Source of the DNA: Nibricoccus sp.
Lineage (GTDB): Bacteria; Verrucomicrobiota; Verrucomicrobiia; Opitutales; Opitutaceae
Reading direction: 5' to 3'
Length of the DNA: 64,000 nt
NCBI GenBank assembly: GCA_047602425.1
Contig: JASGHG010000001.1
Coordinates: 4,608,001-4,672,000 of the forward strand
The notes under the pieces are model-generated. The model saw nothing but the letters and a program-made list of their open reading frames with translations, searched no databases and was not told the origin of the DNA. The first letter of the stretch is position 1, and each line of letters starts with the position of its first letter. The translations under genes were made by a program, and so were the position numbers. This document shows positions 40,390 to 49,104 of this stretch, piece by piece.

Positions 40390-42105
40390 TTAGAGATATT
40401 TGTCGGTAACAGCGCCTTCAGAGGCGGTGGCGACAAGTTTGGCATATTTAGCGAGCACGCCGCGGGTTTCCTTCGGTGGGCGTGGTTTGTACGCGGACAT
40501 GCGGGCGGCGTATTCGGCGTCGGGAATCAGCAGGCTGATCGTGTTTTTGACGGCGTCGACCTCGATCAAGTCGCCGTTGCGCACGATGCCGATCGGGCCA
40601 CCCTTCGCGGCTTCGGGCGTGATGTGGCCGACGTCGAAACCGTGCGAGCCGCCGGAGAAACGTCCATCGGTGATGAGCGCGACGTCTTTGATCAAACCGC
40701 GGCCGGCCACGGCGCTGGTGGGCGACAGCATCTCACGCATGCCGGGGCCACCGACGGGACCCTCGTTGCGGATGACGACCACGTCGCCTTTGACGACGTC
40801 GCCGCGGAGGATGCCTTGGAGCGCGTCTTCCTCGCCTTCGTAGACTTTCGCCGTGCCTTTGAAATAAAGACCTTCCTTGCCAGTGATTTTTCCGACGGCG
40901 CCGCCCGGTGCTAGGTTGCCGTGCAAAACGCGCAAGTGGCTGTCGGTTTTAATTGGTTTATCCCACGGGCGAATGATGTCCTGCTTGTCTGGGTACGACG
41001 GATAGGGCTGAACATTTTTCAATGTTTCGGCGATAGTTTCGCCGGTCACCGTGAGGCAATCGCCATGCAGCAGGCCGCGGTCGAGCAGCATCTTCATCAT
41101 CGGGCGAATGCCGCCAATGCGGATGAGGTGGGCCATGCCGTATTTGCCGAACGGTTTAACATCCGCAAGAAGCGGGATGCGTGCGCCGATGGTTTTGAAG
41201 TCTTCCAACGTGAGCGAAACTTCCGCGGAGTGCGCGATGGCGAGCAGGTGGAGAATGAGGTTGGTCGAGCCGCCGAGGGCGACGCAGACGGTGATCGCGT
41301 TTTCGAAGGCTTTTCGCGTGAGGATGTCGCGCGGCTTGATGCCCTTCTTGAGCATGGCTACGACGGTGGCTCCGGCGCGTTCGCAATCGAGGCGCTTTTC
41401 CTCGCCGACGGCGAGTTGGGCGCTGCTGTTGGGCAAACTCATGCCGAGAACTTCGATGGCCGTGGCCATCGTGTTGGCGGTGTACATGCCGCCGCAGGAA
41501 CCGGGACCGGGAATGGCGGATTCCTCGACGGCTTTCAGGCCCGCGTCGTCGAGTTCGCCCTTGGCATGTTTACCGACGGCTTCGAAGACGGAAACGATGT
41601 CGAGTGGTTTTTGTTTGTCGCAGTCGGTCGGGAGAAAGCCCGGTAAAATCGTGCCGCCGTAAACGAACACCGCCGGCCGATTTAACCGCGCGATGGCGAT
41701 CATGGAGCCCGGCATGTTTTTGTCGCATCCGCCGATGGCGACGAGCCCGTCAAAACCTTCGGCGGCGACGGCAGTCTCGATGGAATCGGCAATGACGTCG
41801 CGTGACACGAGGCTATACCGCATGCCTTGCGTGCCCATGCTGATGCCGTCGGTGACCGTGATCGTGTTGAAATAAACCGCTTTGCCACCGGCGGCGTTGA
41901 TGCCTTTTTGCGCGTGGGTGCTAAGTTCGCCGAGATGGACGTTGCAGGGGGTCATGTCACTCGGTGACGAGGCGACGGCGATCTGCGGCTTTTTGAAATC
42001 TTCGTCTTTGAAACCGACAGCGCGTAACATGGAGCGGGCGGCGGCGCGGTCGTTTCCATCGACGACAACCGAAGAGTAGGGGCGAAGCGAGTCGGAGGTG
42101 CTCAT
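40390..42105 (-). CDS. ilvD: Dihydroxy-acid dehydratase
   Basis: PCN, DGISMG, CDKNMPG, GSCGGMYTANTM and TDGRFSG motifs. Confidence 0.95.
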   Translation of the reverse strand: MSTSDSLRPYSSVVVDGNDRAAARSMLRAVGFKDEDFKKPQIAVASSPSDMTPCNVHLGELSTHAQKGINAAGGKAVYFNTITVTDGISMGTQGMRYSLVSRDVIADSIETAVAAEGFDGLVAIGGCDKNMPGSMIAIARLNRPAVFVYGGTILPGFLPTDCDKQKPLDIVSVFEAVGKHAKGELDDAGLKAVEESAIPGPGSCGGMYTANTMATAIEVLGMSLPNSSAQLAVGEEKRLDCERAGATVVAMLKKGIKPRDILTRKAFENAITVCVALGGSTNLILHLLAIAHSAEVSLTLEDFKTIGARIPLLADVKPFGKYGMAHLIRIGGIRPMMKMLLDRGLLHGDCLTVTGETIAETLKNVQPYPSYPDKQDIIRPWDKPIKTDSHLRVLHGNLAPGGAVGKITGKEGLYFKGTAKVYEGEEDALQGILRGDVVKGDVVVIRNEGPVGGPGMREMLSPTSAVAGRGLIKDVALITDGRFSGGSHGFDVGHITPEAAKGGPIGIVRNGDLIEVDAVKNTISLLIPDAEYAARMSAYKPRPPKETRGVLAKYAKLVATASEGAVTDKYL

Positions 42106-42263
42106 AGTGGGAAGAACCTTGGCAGCAGACCAAAGTCGCGCAAGTCGGGCAAGGGTGGAGTTACGGTTGACGGAGGTCAGTGGGAAAAACGGGCGATGCA
42201 AAGCCGTGGTTTTCGGGATTGCTTCGCGTGAGGGCGCTCGCATTCACTGGGCGCGTTCCTCGC

Positions 42264-43271
42264 ATGGCATTCAACCTACAGAAGGTGCTCAAAGCACTGC
42301 TTTTCTCCTCCAGTCAGCCGCTCTCGGTCAAAGACGTCCAAGCGGCCATAGAGCGTTTCCACGATCAGGCAAAAGCGCCGGTCGTAGCCGAAGCCGAGGA
42401 GCCTGCGGCGGAAGCCGGAAGCCACAAGCCAGAAGCCGGAGACCCGACGTCGGAGGTCGGAGGTCAGAAGTCGGAGGAGGGAGCGCCGGCACCAAACGCG
42501 GACGAAACCTCCACTGCGCCAGTGGCACCGACGGAGGTCGCCGAAGTTTCCGCCGAGGCCCCGATCGCGCCGGAGGACAGCGAACTTTATCAAGACGTGC
42601 CTTCGCTCATCACTGCCACGCAGATTCGCGAAGCGATGGACGCGATCGCGGCGGAGTTTCGCACGAGCAACGACATTTATCTCCTCATCGAAGGTCCAAC
42701 CGGCTATCGCCTCGTGACGCATCCTCGTTACGCGCGCTGGATTCGCATTCTTCGCGACGAGCCGCCACCGGTAAAACTCTCGCAGTCCGCCCAGGAAACA
42801 CTCGCAATCGTCGCGTACCGCCAGCCCGTCACGCGCACGGAAATCGAAACGATACGCGGTGTTTCGGCCGAAGCGGGCCTCAATAAACTTCTCGAACGCG
42901 AACTCGTTTACATCGTTGGCCGCGCCGATTTGCCCGGGCGTCCTCTGCAATACGGCACGACGGACAAATTCCTCGATTTTGTCGGCGTGAAATCGCTCGT
43001 CGAGCTGCCGGCGTCTGACGTGCTCTCGCCACGCCAGATCGACGAATGGCTGCAAAACGCCATCAATCCACGCACGCCGACCGACGCCGAAATGGGTCTG
43101 CCGCTCGAAGAGGGCGAAGGTGTCACGCCGAATCTTGAAACGGTTTCCGTCGAGCACGCGGAAGAAGGAGCGCCTGCGGCCGAACCAGTTTCAGTACCTA
43201 CAGCCGAGGACGTCCCTGCCGCTGATACCGCCAATAACGAACCTCCTGCCACCGGCCAAACCCCCGCCTGA
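42264..43271 (+). CDS. scpB: SMC-Scp complex subunit ScpB
   Basis: KLSQSAQETLAIVAYRQPVTRTEIETIRGV and PGRPLQYGTTDKFL motifs; acidic insert and tail. Confidence 0.93.
   Translation: MAFNLQKVLKALLFSSSQPLSVKDVQAAIERFHDQAKAPVVAEAEEPAAEAGSHKPEAGDPTSEVGGQKSEEGAPAPNADETSTAPVAPTEVAEVSAEAPIAPEDSELYQDVPSLITATQIREAMDAIAAEFRTSNDIYLLIEGPTGYRLVTHPRYARWIRILRDEPPPVKLSQSAQETLAIVAYRQPVTRTEIETIRGVSAEAGLNKLLERELVYIVGRADLPGRPLQYGTTDKFLDFVGVKSLVELPASDVLSPRQIDEWLQNAINPRTPTDAEMGLPLEEGEGVTPNLETVSVEHAEEGAPAAEPVSVPTAEDVPAADTANNEPPATGQTPA
42411..42473 (+). repeat. Nine tandem degenerate heptamers inside scpB
   Basis: GAAGCCG GAAGCCA CAAGCCA GAAGCCG GAGACCC GACGTCG GAGGTCG GAGGTCA GAAGTCG. Confidence 0.75.
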
Positions 43272-43285
43272 CCGATCATAACCCC

Positions 43286-44365
43286 ATGGACCTCGCGCCC
43301 ATCAGAGAAAAAATCGACCAAATTGATCAGCAGATTGTCGACATACTGAACCAGCGGCTCGCGCTCGCCGCCGAGATCGGCAAGGTCAAGCGCAGCACGG
43401 GCGGACAAATCTACGTCGCGGAGCGTGAAGACGCTGTCTTGCGCAAAGTGGCGGCGCTGAACAAGGGCCCGATCCGCAACGACGCGTTGCATGCGATCTA
43501 TCGCGAAATCATGTCGGCCGCGATCGCACTGGAAAAACCACTTCTTATCGCCTATCTCGGGCCAGAGGCTACCAACAGTCACCAGGCTGCGCTGAAAAAA
43601 TTCGGCGCCAGCGTGAACTACCATGCCATGGCGACCTTCGCGGATATTTTCACAGCCGTCGATCGCGGCGAATGCGATTACGGTATCGTGCCGATTGAAA
43701 ATTCGACCGAAGGCTCCGTGCGCGACGCACTCGACCAATTCGTTACATCGGAATTGAAAATTGTTTCGCAGCTTTATCTCGAAATTCCTTTCTGCCTGAT
43801 CTCGCGTTCGCCGTTGGAAAAAATAACCAAGGTCTACTCGAAAGACACCGCGCTCGCACAATGTCGTCTGTGGCTGCAACGTCATCTCCCGCACGCCCAA
43901 TGGGTCGACGCGTCGAGCACGGCCCGGTCGGTGCAGATCGCGAGTGAGGAGGAAGGCGCGGCAGGTGTGGCTAACGAACTAGCCGCCACCGTCTATGGCG
44001 TGCCGGTCGTCGAGAAAAACATTCAGGACAAGTCCAATAATACGACGCGTTTCGTGGTCATCGGCAAGACGCCGTCCGGCTCCGTGGGGAACGGGCGCGA
44101 TATGACGAGTCTGCTCATTGCGCTGGGCGAAGAAGGTTCGTCGCATTCCGGCTCGCTGCTGCGGATGCTGCAACCTTTCGCGTCGCGTGGCATCAACATG
44201 TCCAAAATCGAATCGCGTCCGACGAAGCGAAAAGCGTGGGATTATTATTTCTTTGTCGACGTCGTCGGCCATCACGATGAACAGCCGATGCGTGAAGCGA
44301 TTTCCGAGTTACGCACCTTCTGCCCGATGGTAAAATGGTTGGGCAGCTACCCGGCCGCGGGCTAA
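43286..44365 (+). CDS. pheA: Chorismate mutase / prephenate dehydratase
   Basis: N-terminal CM domain (REKIDQID), YLGPE, PIENSTEG, NTTRF and IESRP motifs. Confidence 0.94.
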   Translation: MDLAPIREKIDQIDQQIVDILNQRLALAAEIGKVKRSTGGQIYVAEREDAVLRKVAALNKGPIRNDALHAIYREIMSAAIALEKPLLIAYLGPEATNSHQAALKKFGASVNYHAMATFADIFTAVDRGECDYGIVPIENSTEGSVRDALDQFVTSELKIVSQLYLEIPFCLISRSPLEKITKVYSKDTALAQCRLWLQRHLPHAQWVDASSTARSVQIASEEEGAAGVANELAATVYGVPVVEKNIQDKSNNTTRFVVIGKTPSGSVGNGRDMTSLLIALGEEGSSHSGSLLRMLQPFASRGINMSKIESRPTKRKAWDYYFFVDVVGHHDEQPMREAISELRTFCPMVKWLGSYPAAG

Positions 44366-44428
44366 GAGCCTTTGGTTTCGAGCCGGCGCTGACGCGTTGC
44401 GCTTCGAGGGCGAAGGGGTCGCGTATTT

Positions 44429-45973
44429 TCAGCGGCCCAACAATTCTTCGATCCGGCTGGCAAGCGCGGCGCAGTGTGCATCCATCCAGCGGTGACCTTT
44501 TTCGTGGGAAGCGGCCGTGGCATCGCCCATGACGCCGCTATGAGAAATATCCTCGGTCGCCCACGAAATGATTGCAGGCGCGTCCTCGGGTCGCACTTCG
44601 CCGGGATCGGAAAGCTGTGCGGGATATTCGCAAACCGCTTTGGACATGGTGACTAGTTCGTCGGCGACGGCCAGCATGAGCGAGGTTTCCCATTCTCCCG
44701 CGTGAAAACCAAAAGCGGCTTCCTGCGCGGCGAGATCGGGCTTGAACGTCGACTTCAACATGCCGGCGCGCAGGCCAAGCGTGCCTTGGATCTCGCGGAG
44801 CGTTGAGACAACCACCGCGCTATTGCCACCATGGGTGTTGAGAACCGCGAGCTGACGAAACCCCAGCGCCTTCAACTGTGCGGCGACGGCAAGCAGCATT
44901 CGACGAAAGGTTGTGACCGAAACCGAGAGGGTGCCAGGAAACGCCAGGTGCTCGTTGCTCTTGCCGTAGGTCAGCGGAGGCGCCACGAAAACCGGTGCGT
45001 CGTTCGGGAGGCGCGACAGCGCGTTTTCGAGCCAAGCTTGTCCAAAAATCGCGTCGACGCCGACGGGCAGATGGTGCCCGTGTTGCTCAATGGCGCCGGT
45101 TGGAACGATGACCAGCGCGCGTTCTTTGTTGGGCAGTGCTTCGAGTTCGTCGCGGGTGAACGAAGGCAGATAACGCGCGCGATATTTTTCCGGAAAGACA
45201 AGCGCGGATGTCGATGGCAGAAGGTTCGGCAACGCGGCAGGCGTGCGATGATCGTTGTTCCCCAGGGACGAGCGAGCCTGGATTTCCGCGAGCAAACGGG
45301 CGAGGTGTTGTCCCGCGCCCTTTACGACCGCGGCACCGTCAATGGACGAGTCGGGCGCGAGCGGTGCGGGCTGAAGATAAGCACCCGGGCGAAAATCGGC
45401 ATCACGGATATCGGCTGCACGCGTGGCCGTTTGCGGCGCACGGCCCTGAACGTGTGCGACAGCGGCTTGAGCCGGGCCGCGTTTTTCGGACGAAGGATGA
45501 AAATCGAAACCGAGCGCCGGTGTGTTGATAATAAACGTCTGAAGCTTTTGGCCGATGCGGATGTCGCGTGAGGCATCAATGACCAATTCGCGATTCCAAG
45601 GGCTAGTGTTGAAAAAAACGAGCTTGTGAAAACCGGCGGCTTTCACACCCGCTGCGAGATCGTGTAAGAGGGCATGCGCGGTTTCCGCGTCGATGCCGAA
45701 AAACGAACAAGGATACGGAGCCAAACCAAAACGTACGGAGGGCAGCACATGGCAGGGGACCGCGCCGCCGACTTGCAGCATGGCATGACGTAGAACCGCG
45801 CTGCCGAGAATCTCTTCGGCGTCGAGCGGCAACCCCAGGCCATGATCGGCAAAACCGTACAACGGCAGAATCGCGACGTGACGCTCCTTGTCGGGCAATG
45901 CAACAAAATCGCTCCAAGCGCGGTGCGCCCAGAACGTGGCGCGGTCGGCGGCAGCCAGCCAGGTCATGCTCAT
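44429..45973 (-). CDS. Creatininase-family protein with two tandem domains
   Basis: C-terminal domain has EQHGHHLPVGVD, SNEH, NTHGGN and HAGEWET; the N-terminal domain is a degenerate copy. Confidence 0.82.
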   Translation of the reverse strand: MSMTWLAAADRATFWAHRAWSDFVALPDKERHVAILPLYGFADHGLGLPLDAEEILGSAVLRHAMLQVGGAVPCHVLPSVRFGLAPYPCSFFGIDAETAHALLHDLAAGVKAAGFHKLVFFNTSPWNRELVIDASRDIRIGQKLQTFIINTPALGFDFHPSSEKRGPAQAAVAHVQGRAPQTATRAADIRDADFRPGAYLQPAPLAPDSSIDGAAVVKGAGQHLARLLAEIQARSSLGNNDHRTPAALPNLLPSTSALVFPEKYRARYLPSFTRDELEALPNKERALVIVPTGAIEQHGHHLPVGVDAIFGQAWLENALSRLPNDAPVFVAPPLTYGKSNEHLAFPGTLSVSVTTFRRMLLAVAAQLKALGFRQLAVLNTHGGNSAVVVSTLREIQGTLGLRAGMLKSTFKPDLAAQEAAFGFHAGEWETSLMLAVADELVTMSKAVCEYPAQLSDPGEVRPEDAPAIISWATEDISHSGVMGDATAASHEKGHRWMDAHCAALASRIEELLGR

Positions 45974-46041
45974 GCGTGAAAGCGTAGATTGGTCGCGTGG
46001 TTTGGCAAGGCCGGTTCGGATTTGCCGATCCAGCTGGCAAA

Positions 46042-47454
46042 CTACTGCGCCTGTTTGGCGATTTTGTAGGAATCGGGTTTTTCGCCAGGCGGCAATGCGA
46101 GCAGGTCGTAATCGTGGCTGCCGGTGATTTCGACTTCGACGAATTCGCCGACGGGAAGATTTTTTGGCACGTAGACACGTCCATCGATGTCAGGCGCGTC
46201 GGCCTCGCCGCGCGCGACGCCGGGTTCCTCGACGAGGACGCGCAGGGTTTTGCCGATGGCACGTTGACTGACGGTGGCGGCGATTTCTTTTTGCAACGCC
46301 ATCGTGCGATGCCAGCGGGCCTCTTTGACTTTGGAGGAAATTTGTCCGGGCATCTTGCCGGCGCGCGTGCCTTCTTCCTGCGAATAACGGAAGACACCGA
46401 GACGCTCGAATTGTACGTCGCGGATAAAACCGCAGAGCTCTTCAATGTCCGCTTCGGTCTCGCCGGGAAAACCGACGATAAATGTCGTACGCAATGAGAT
46501 GCCCGGAATGCCGGCGCGAATGCGTTTAACGAGATCGCGAATGTAGGCGGAAGAAGTTTCGCGCTGCATCTCCGTCAGCATGTGATCGCTGATATGTTGC
46601 AGCGGCATGTCGACGTAGCGCGCGACTTTTTTGCACTCGGCGATGGTTTGGATGAGCTCGTCGCTCCAATGCGCCGGATGCGTGTAGAGCAGGCGTATCC
46701 AAAAATCCCCTTCAATCGCGTTGAGTTCGCGGAGGAGCGTGGTGAGGGCGTTGCCTCGGGCGGAATCAACCTTGGCGCGCGGGCCGGCTTTTTCGTCCCA
46801 CGTGTCCATGCCGAAGTAGGTCGTGTCCTGCGAAATGAGATTCAGCTCCTTCACGCCTTCCTTGACCAGTTGGCGCGCTTCGGCGACGACGCTCGCAATG
46901 GTTCGGCTGCGATGGCGGCCACGGATCTGCGGGATGATACAGAAGGTGCACGGATGGTTGCAGCCCTCGGCGATTTTGACGTAGGCGAAATGTTTCGGCG
47001 TGAGCCGGAAACGCGGCGTGTCGTAATCGGGAATGTAAGTCGAACGACCGGTGACGAAATTTTCCGGCAGTGCCTTGGCGCCGCGCTCCTTGGCGTAAAG
47101 ATCCTCAATGATCGGCGCGACCTTCGTGACCTGATCGAGCCCGATGAAAGCGTCGACTTCAGGCATGGCGCCGGGAAGTTCTTTGGAGAAACGCTGCGAC
47201 ATGCAGCCGGCGACGATCAGCTTTTGTTCCTTGCGACGCTTGCGCATGCCTCGCTGTTCGTTGGCCTCAAGAATCGTGGCGATCGATTCTTCCTTGGACG
47301 CGTTGAGAAACGAGCAGGTGTTGACGATGACGACGTCGGCTTTTTCCGCCTCAGGAATAACCTGCATGCCGGCCTTGTGCAGGTGGCCGACCATGATCTC
47401 GCTATCGACGAGATTTTTCGCGCAACCGAGGGAGATGAGACTGACTTTGATCAT
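46042..47454 (-). CDS. rimO: Ribosomal protein S12 methylthiotransferase
   Basis: SLGCAKNLVDSE, NTC, GC, radical-SAM CNHPCTFC and DAPDIDG (TRAM) motifs. Confidence 0.95.
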   Translation of the reverse strand: MIKVSLISLGCAKNLVDSEIMVGHLHKAGMQVIPEAEKADVVIVNTCSFLNASKEESIATILEANEQRGMRKRRKEQKLIVAGCMSQRFSKELPGAMPEVDAFIGLDQVTKVAPIIEDLYAKERGAKALPENFVTGRSTYIPDYDTPRFRLTPKHFAYVKIAEGCNHPCTFCIIPQIRGRHRSRTIASVVAEARQLVKEGVKELNLISQDTTYFGMDTWDEKAGPRAKVDSARGNALTTLLRELNAIEGDFWIRLLYTHPAHWSDELIQTIAECKKVARYVDMPLQHISDHMLTEMQRETSSAYIRDLVKRIRAGIPGISLRTTFIVGFPGETEADIEELCGFIRDVQFERLGVFRYSQEEGTRAGKMPGQISSKVKEARWHRTMALQKEIAATVSQRAIGKTLRVLVEEPGVARGEADAPDIDGRVYVPKNLPVGEFVEVEITGSHDYDLLALPPGEKPDSYKIAKQAQ

Positions 47455-47582
47455 GTGGCGGGAAAAGTGCTCAAAAACGCCGACGCGTAAAGGATGACCG
47501 GGGATCTTTTTGTCGCGCCGTGGATCGGTGGCGAGCAAAGATGGCCTAAACGGTTGCTTGGCGGTTCGTAATGTGTGTCGAC

Positions 47583-47610
47583 AAAAAAACCGCGGCTTTC
47601 GTGGCCGCGG
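47583..47610 (-). terminator. Intrinsic terminator downstream of the small basic ORF
   Basis: Minus strand CCGCGGC-N7-GCCGCGG-TTTTTTT. Confidence 0.75.
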
Positions 47611-47632
47611 CTTAAAAATGGGGCGCAGGGCC

Positions 47633-47737
47633 TTACTTCTTCGCGGTTTTGGCGGTCTTCTTGGTGGCAGCCTTCTTGCGTTTCAAGTAGGCGATGCGGC
47701 GCTTCTTTTTGATTACTTTGTTGTATTGTTTGCCCAT
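47633..47737 (-). CDS. Small basic protein, 34 aa (MGKQYNKVIKKKRRIAYLKRKKAATKKTAKTAKK)
   Basis: ATG at 47737 and TAA at 47635-47633, in otherwise empty intergenic space, followed by its own terminator. Confidence 0.7.
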   Translation of the reverse strand: MGKQYNKVIKKKRRIAYLKRKKAATKKTAKTAKK

Positions 47738-47986
47738 GGGAGGTTGAGGTTTGGTTAATGAAAGGGATAACCTTGCGACGGAGCAGGGCGGGGAGTCAAG
47801 CGTCGGGCGAGGGATGTTCTTTTGGACGAAACGGGGGCGGCGGAATGCGTTTTGCGCACGAGCGGCAGACTCAATTCCTGAGCAAACGATCTCATGATGT
47901 GGCGCGCCTCCCCGGTGTATGATCTCATGCTTCAGCCGACTCTGGTTCGTGTCTGTACCGTTAGTGATCAACCCCAAAAAAATCTT

Positions 47987-49090
47987 ATGAACAGGCGTGA
48001 ATTTCTCAGGGCAAGTTCGTCCGCGGCGGCGGGATTGCTGCTCAGCCAACGTATTCAAGCTATGGAGACAAAAAACAAAAACCACTCGCAACCGAAAATC
48101 CCTCTGTGGAAAGGTTTCAATCTGACAGAGCTGACCGGCGGCGAACGCGGGCAGTCGTTTCGCGAATCGGATTTCGCCTGGATGGCGGAGTGGGGTTTCA
48201 ATTTTGCCCGGCTGCCGTTGAATTACTGGGCCTGGTCTTCGACGAAAGACTGGATGACGATCGATGAAAGTGCGCTCGCTCCGGTCGATCAGGCCATCGC
48301 CTGGGGCAAACAGTACGGCATTCATCTCAACGTCTGCCTGCACCGCATCCCGGGTTATTGCGTCAACCGGCGCGATTTGGAGCCGTATCGACTTTTCGAT
48401 AGCACGCCGGATGCCATGGCGCGGGCGTTGGAAGCGGCCACGCATCACTGGCGTTATTTCGCCCGGCGCTACAAGGATGTTCCAACAACGCAGCTGAGCT
48501 TCGATCTGTTGAACGAACCGCCCTTCATGGCCGAACACTCGCATTACGAGAATGTGATTCGAACGCTCGTGGCGGCGATTCGGGAACAGCGATCCGACCG
48601 ACTCATCGTCGTCGACGGCGCGGATATCGGCCAGACGCCCGTCCCGAGCGTGGTGGACCTCGGAGTCGTGCAAAGCACGCGAGGTTATCTCCCGAAAATG
48701 GTTAGCCACTACACCGCCAACTGGGTGCCGGAAAATGAATTTGAGTCCTTTGAAAAACCGACGTGGCCCATGACCGACAAACAAGGCCGGCGTTGGGATC
48801 GCGCACAGTTGAAAGCCGAACTCATCGACAAGTGGCAACCCCTCGTAAAGCAGGGCGTGCCCATCCATGTCGGCGAGTGGGGGTGCTTCATCAAAACGCC
48901 GCACGACGTCGCCCTTGCCTGGATGGCTGACTTGCTCGCGCTCTGGAAAGATGCGGGCTGGGGTTGGTCGATGTGGAATTTGCGCGGTCAATTTGGCCCC
49001 ATCGACAGCGGACGCTCGGACGTGACTTACGAAAATTTCCGCGGGCATAAACTCGACCGGAAGATGCTCGAGCTTTTGCTCGCGCATTAA
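47987..49090 (+). CDS. Glycoside hydrolase family 5 with a Tat signal
   Basis: MNRREFL twin-arginine signal; GFNFARLP, LNEP (acid/base) and VGEWG (nucleophile) motifs. Confidence 0.88.
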   Translation: MNRREFLRASSSAAAGLLLSQRIQAMETKNKNHSQPKIPLWKGFNLTELTGGERGQSFRESDFAWMAEWGFNFARLPLNYWAWSSTKDWMTIDESALAPVDQAIAWGKQYGIHLNVCLHRIPGYCVNRRDLEPYRLFDSTPDAMARALEAATHHWRYFARRYKDVPTTQLSFDLLNEPPFMAEHSHYENVIRTLVAAIREQRSDRLIVVDGADIGQTPVPSVVDLGVVQSTRGYLPKMVSHYTANWVPENEFESFEKPTWPMTDKQGRRWDRAQLKAELIDKWQPLVKQGVPIHVGEWGCFIKTPHDVALAWMADLLALWKDAGWGWSMWNLRGQFGPIDSGRSDVTYENFRGHKLDRKMLELLLAH

Positions 49091-49104
49091 ATTTAGACCT
49101 AGTC

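Noticed and set aside
47738..49087. Upstream part of the 484-aa minus-strand ORF
   Set aside because: Antisense to the GH5 gene; only the final 34 codons look like a real gene.
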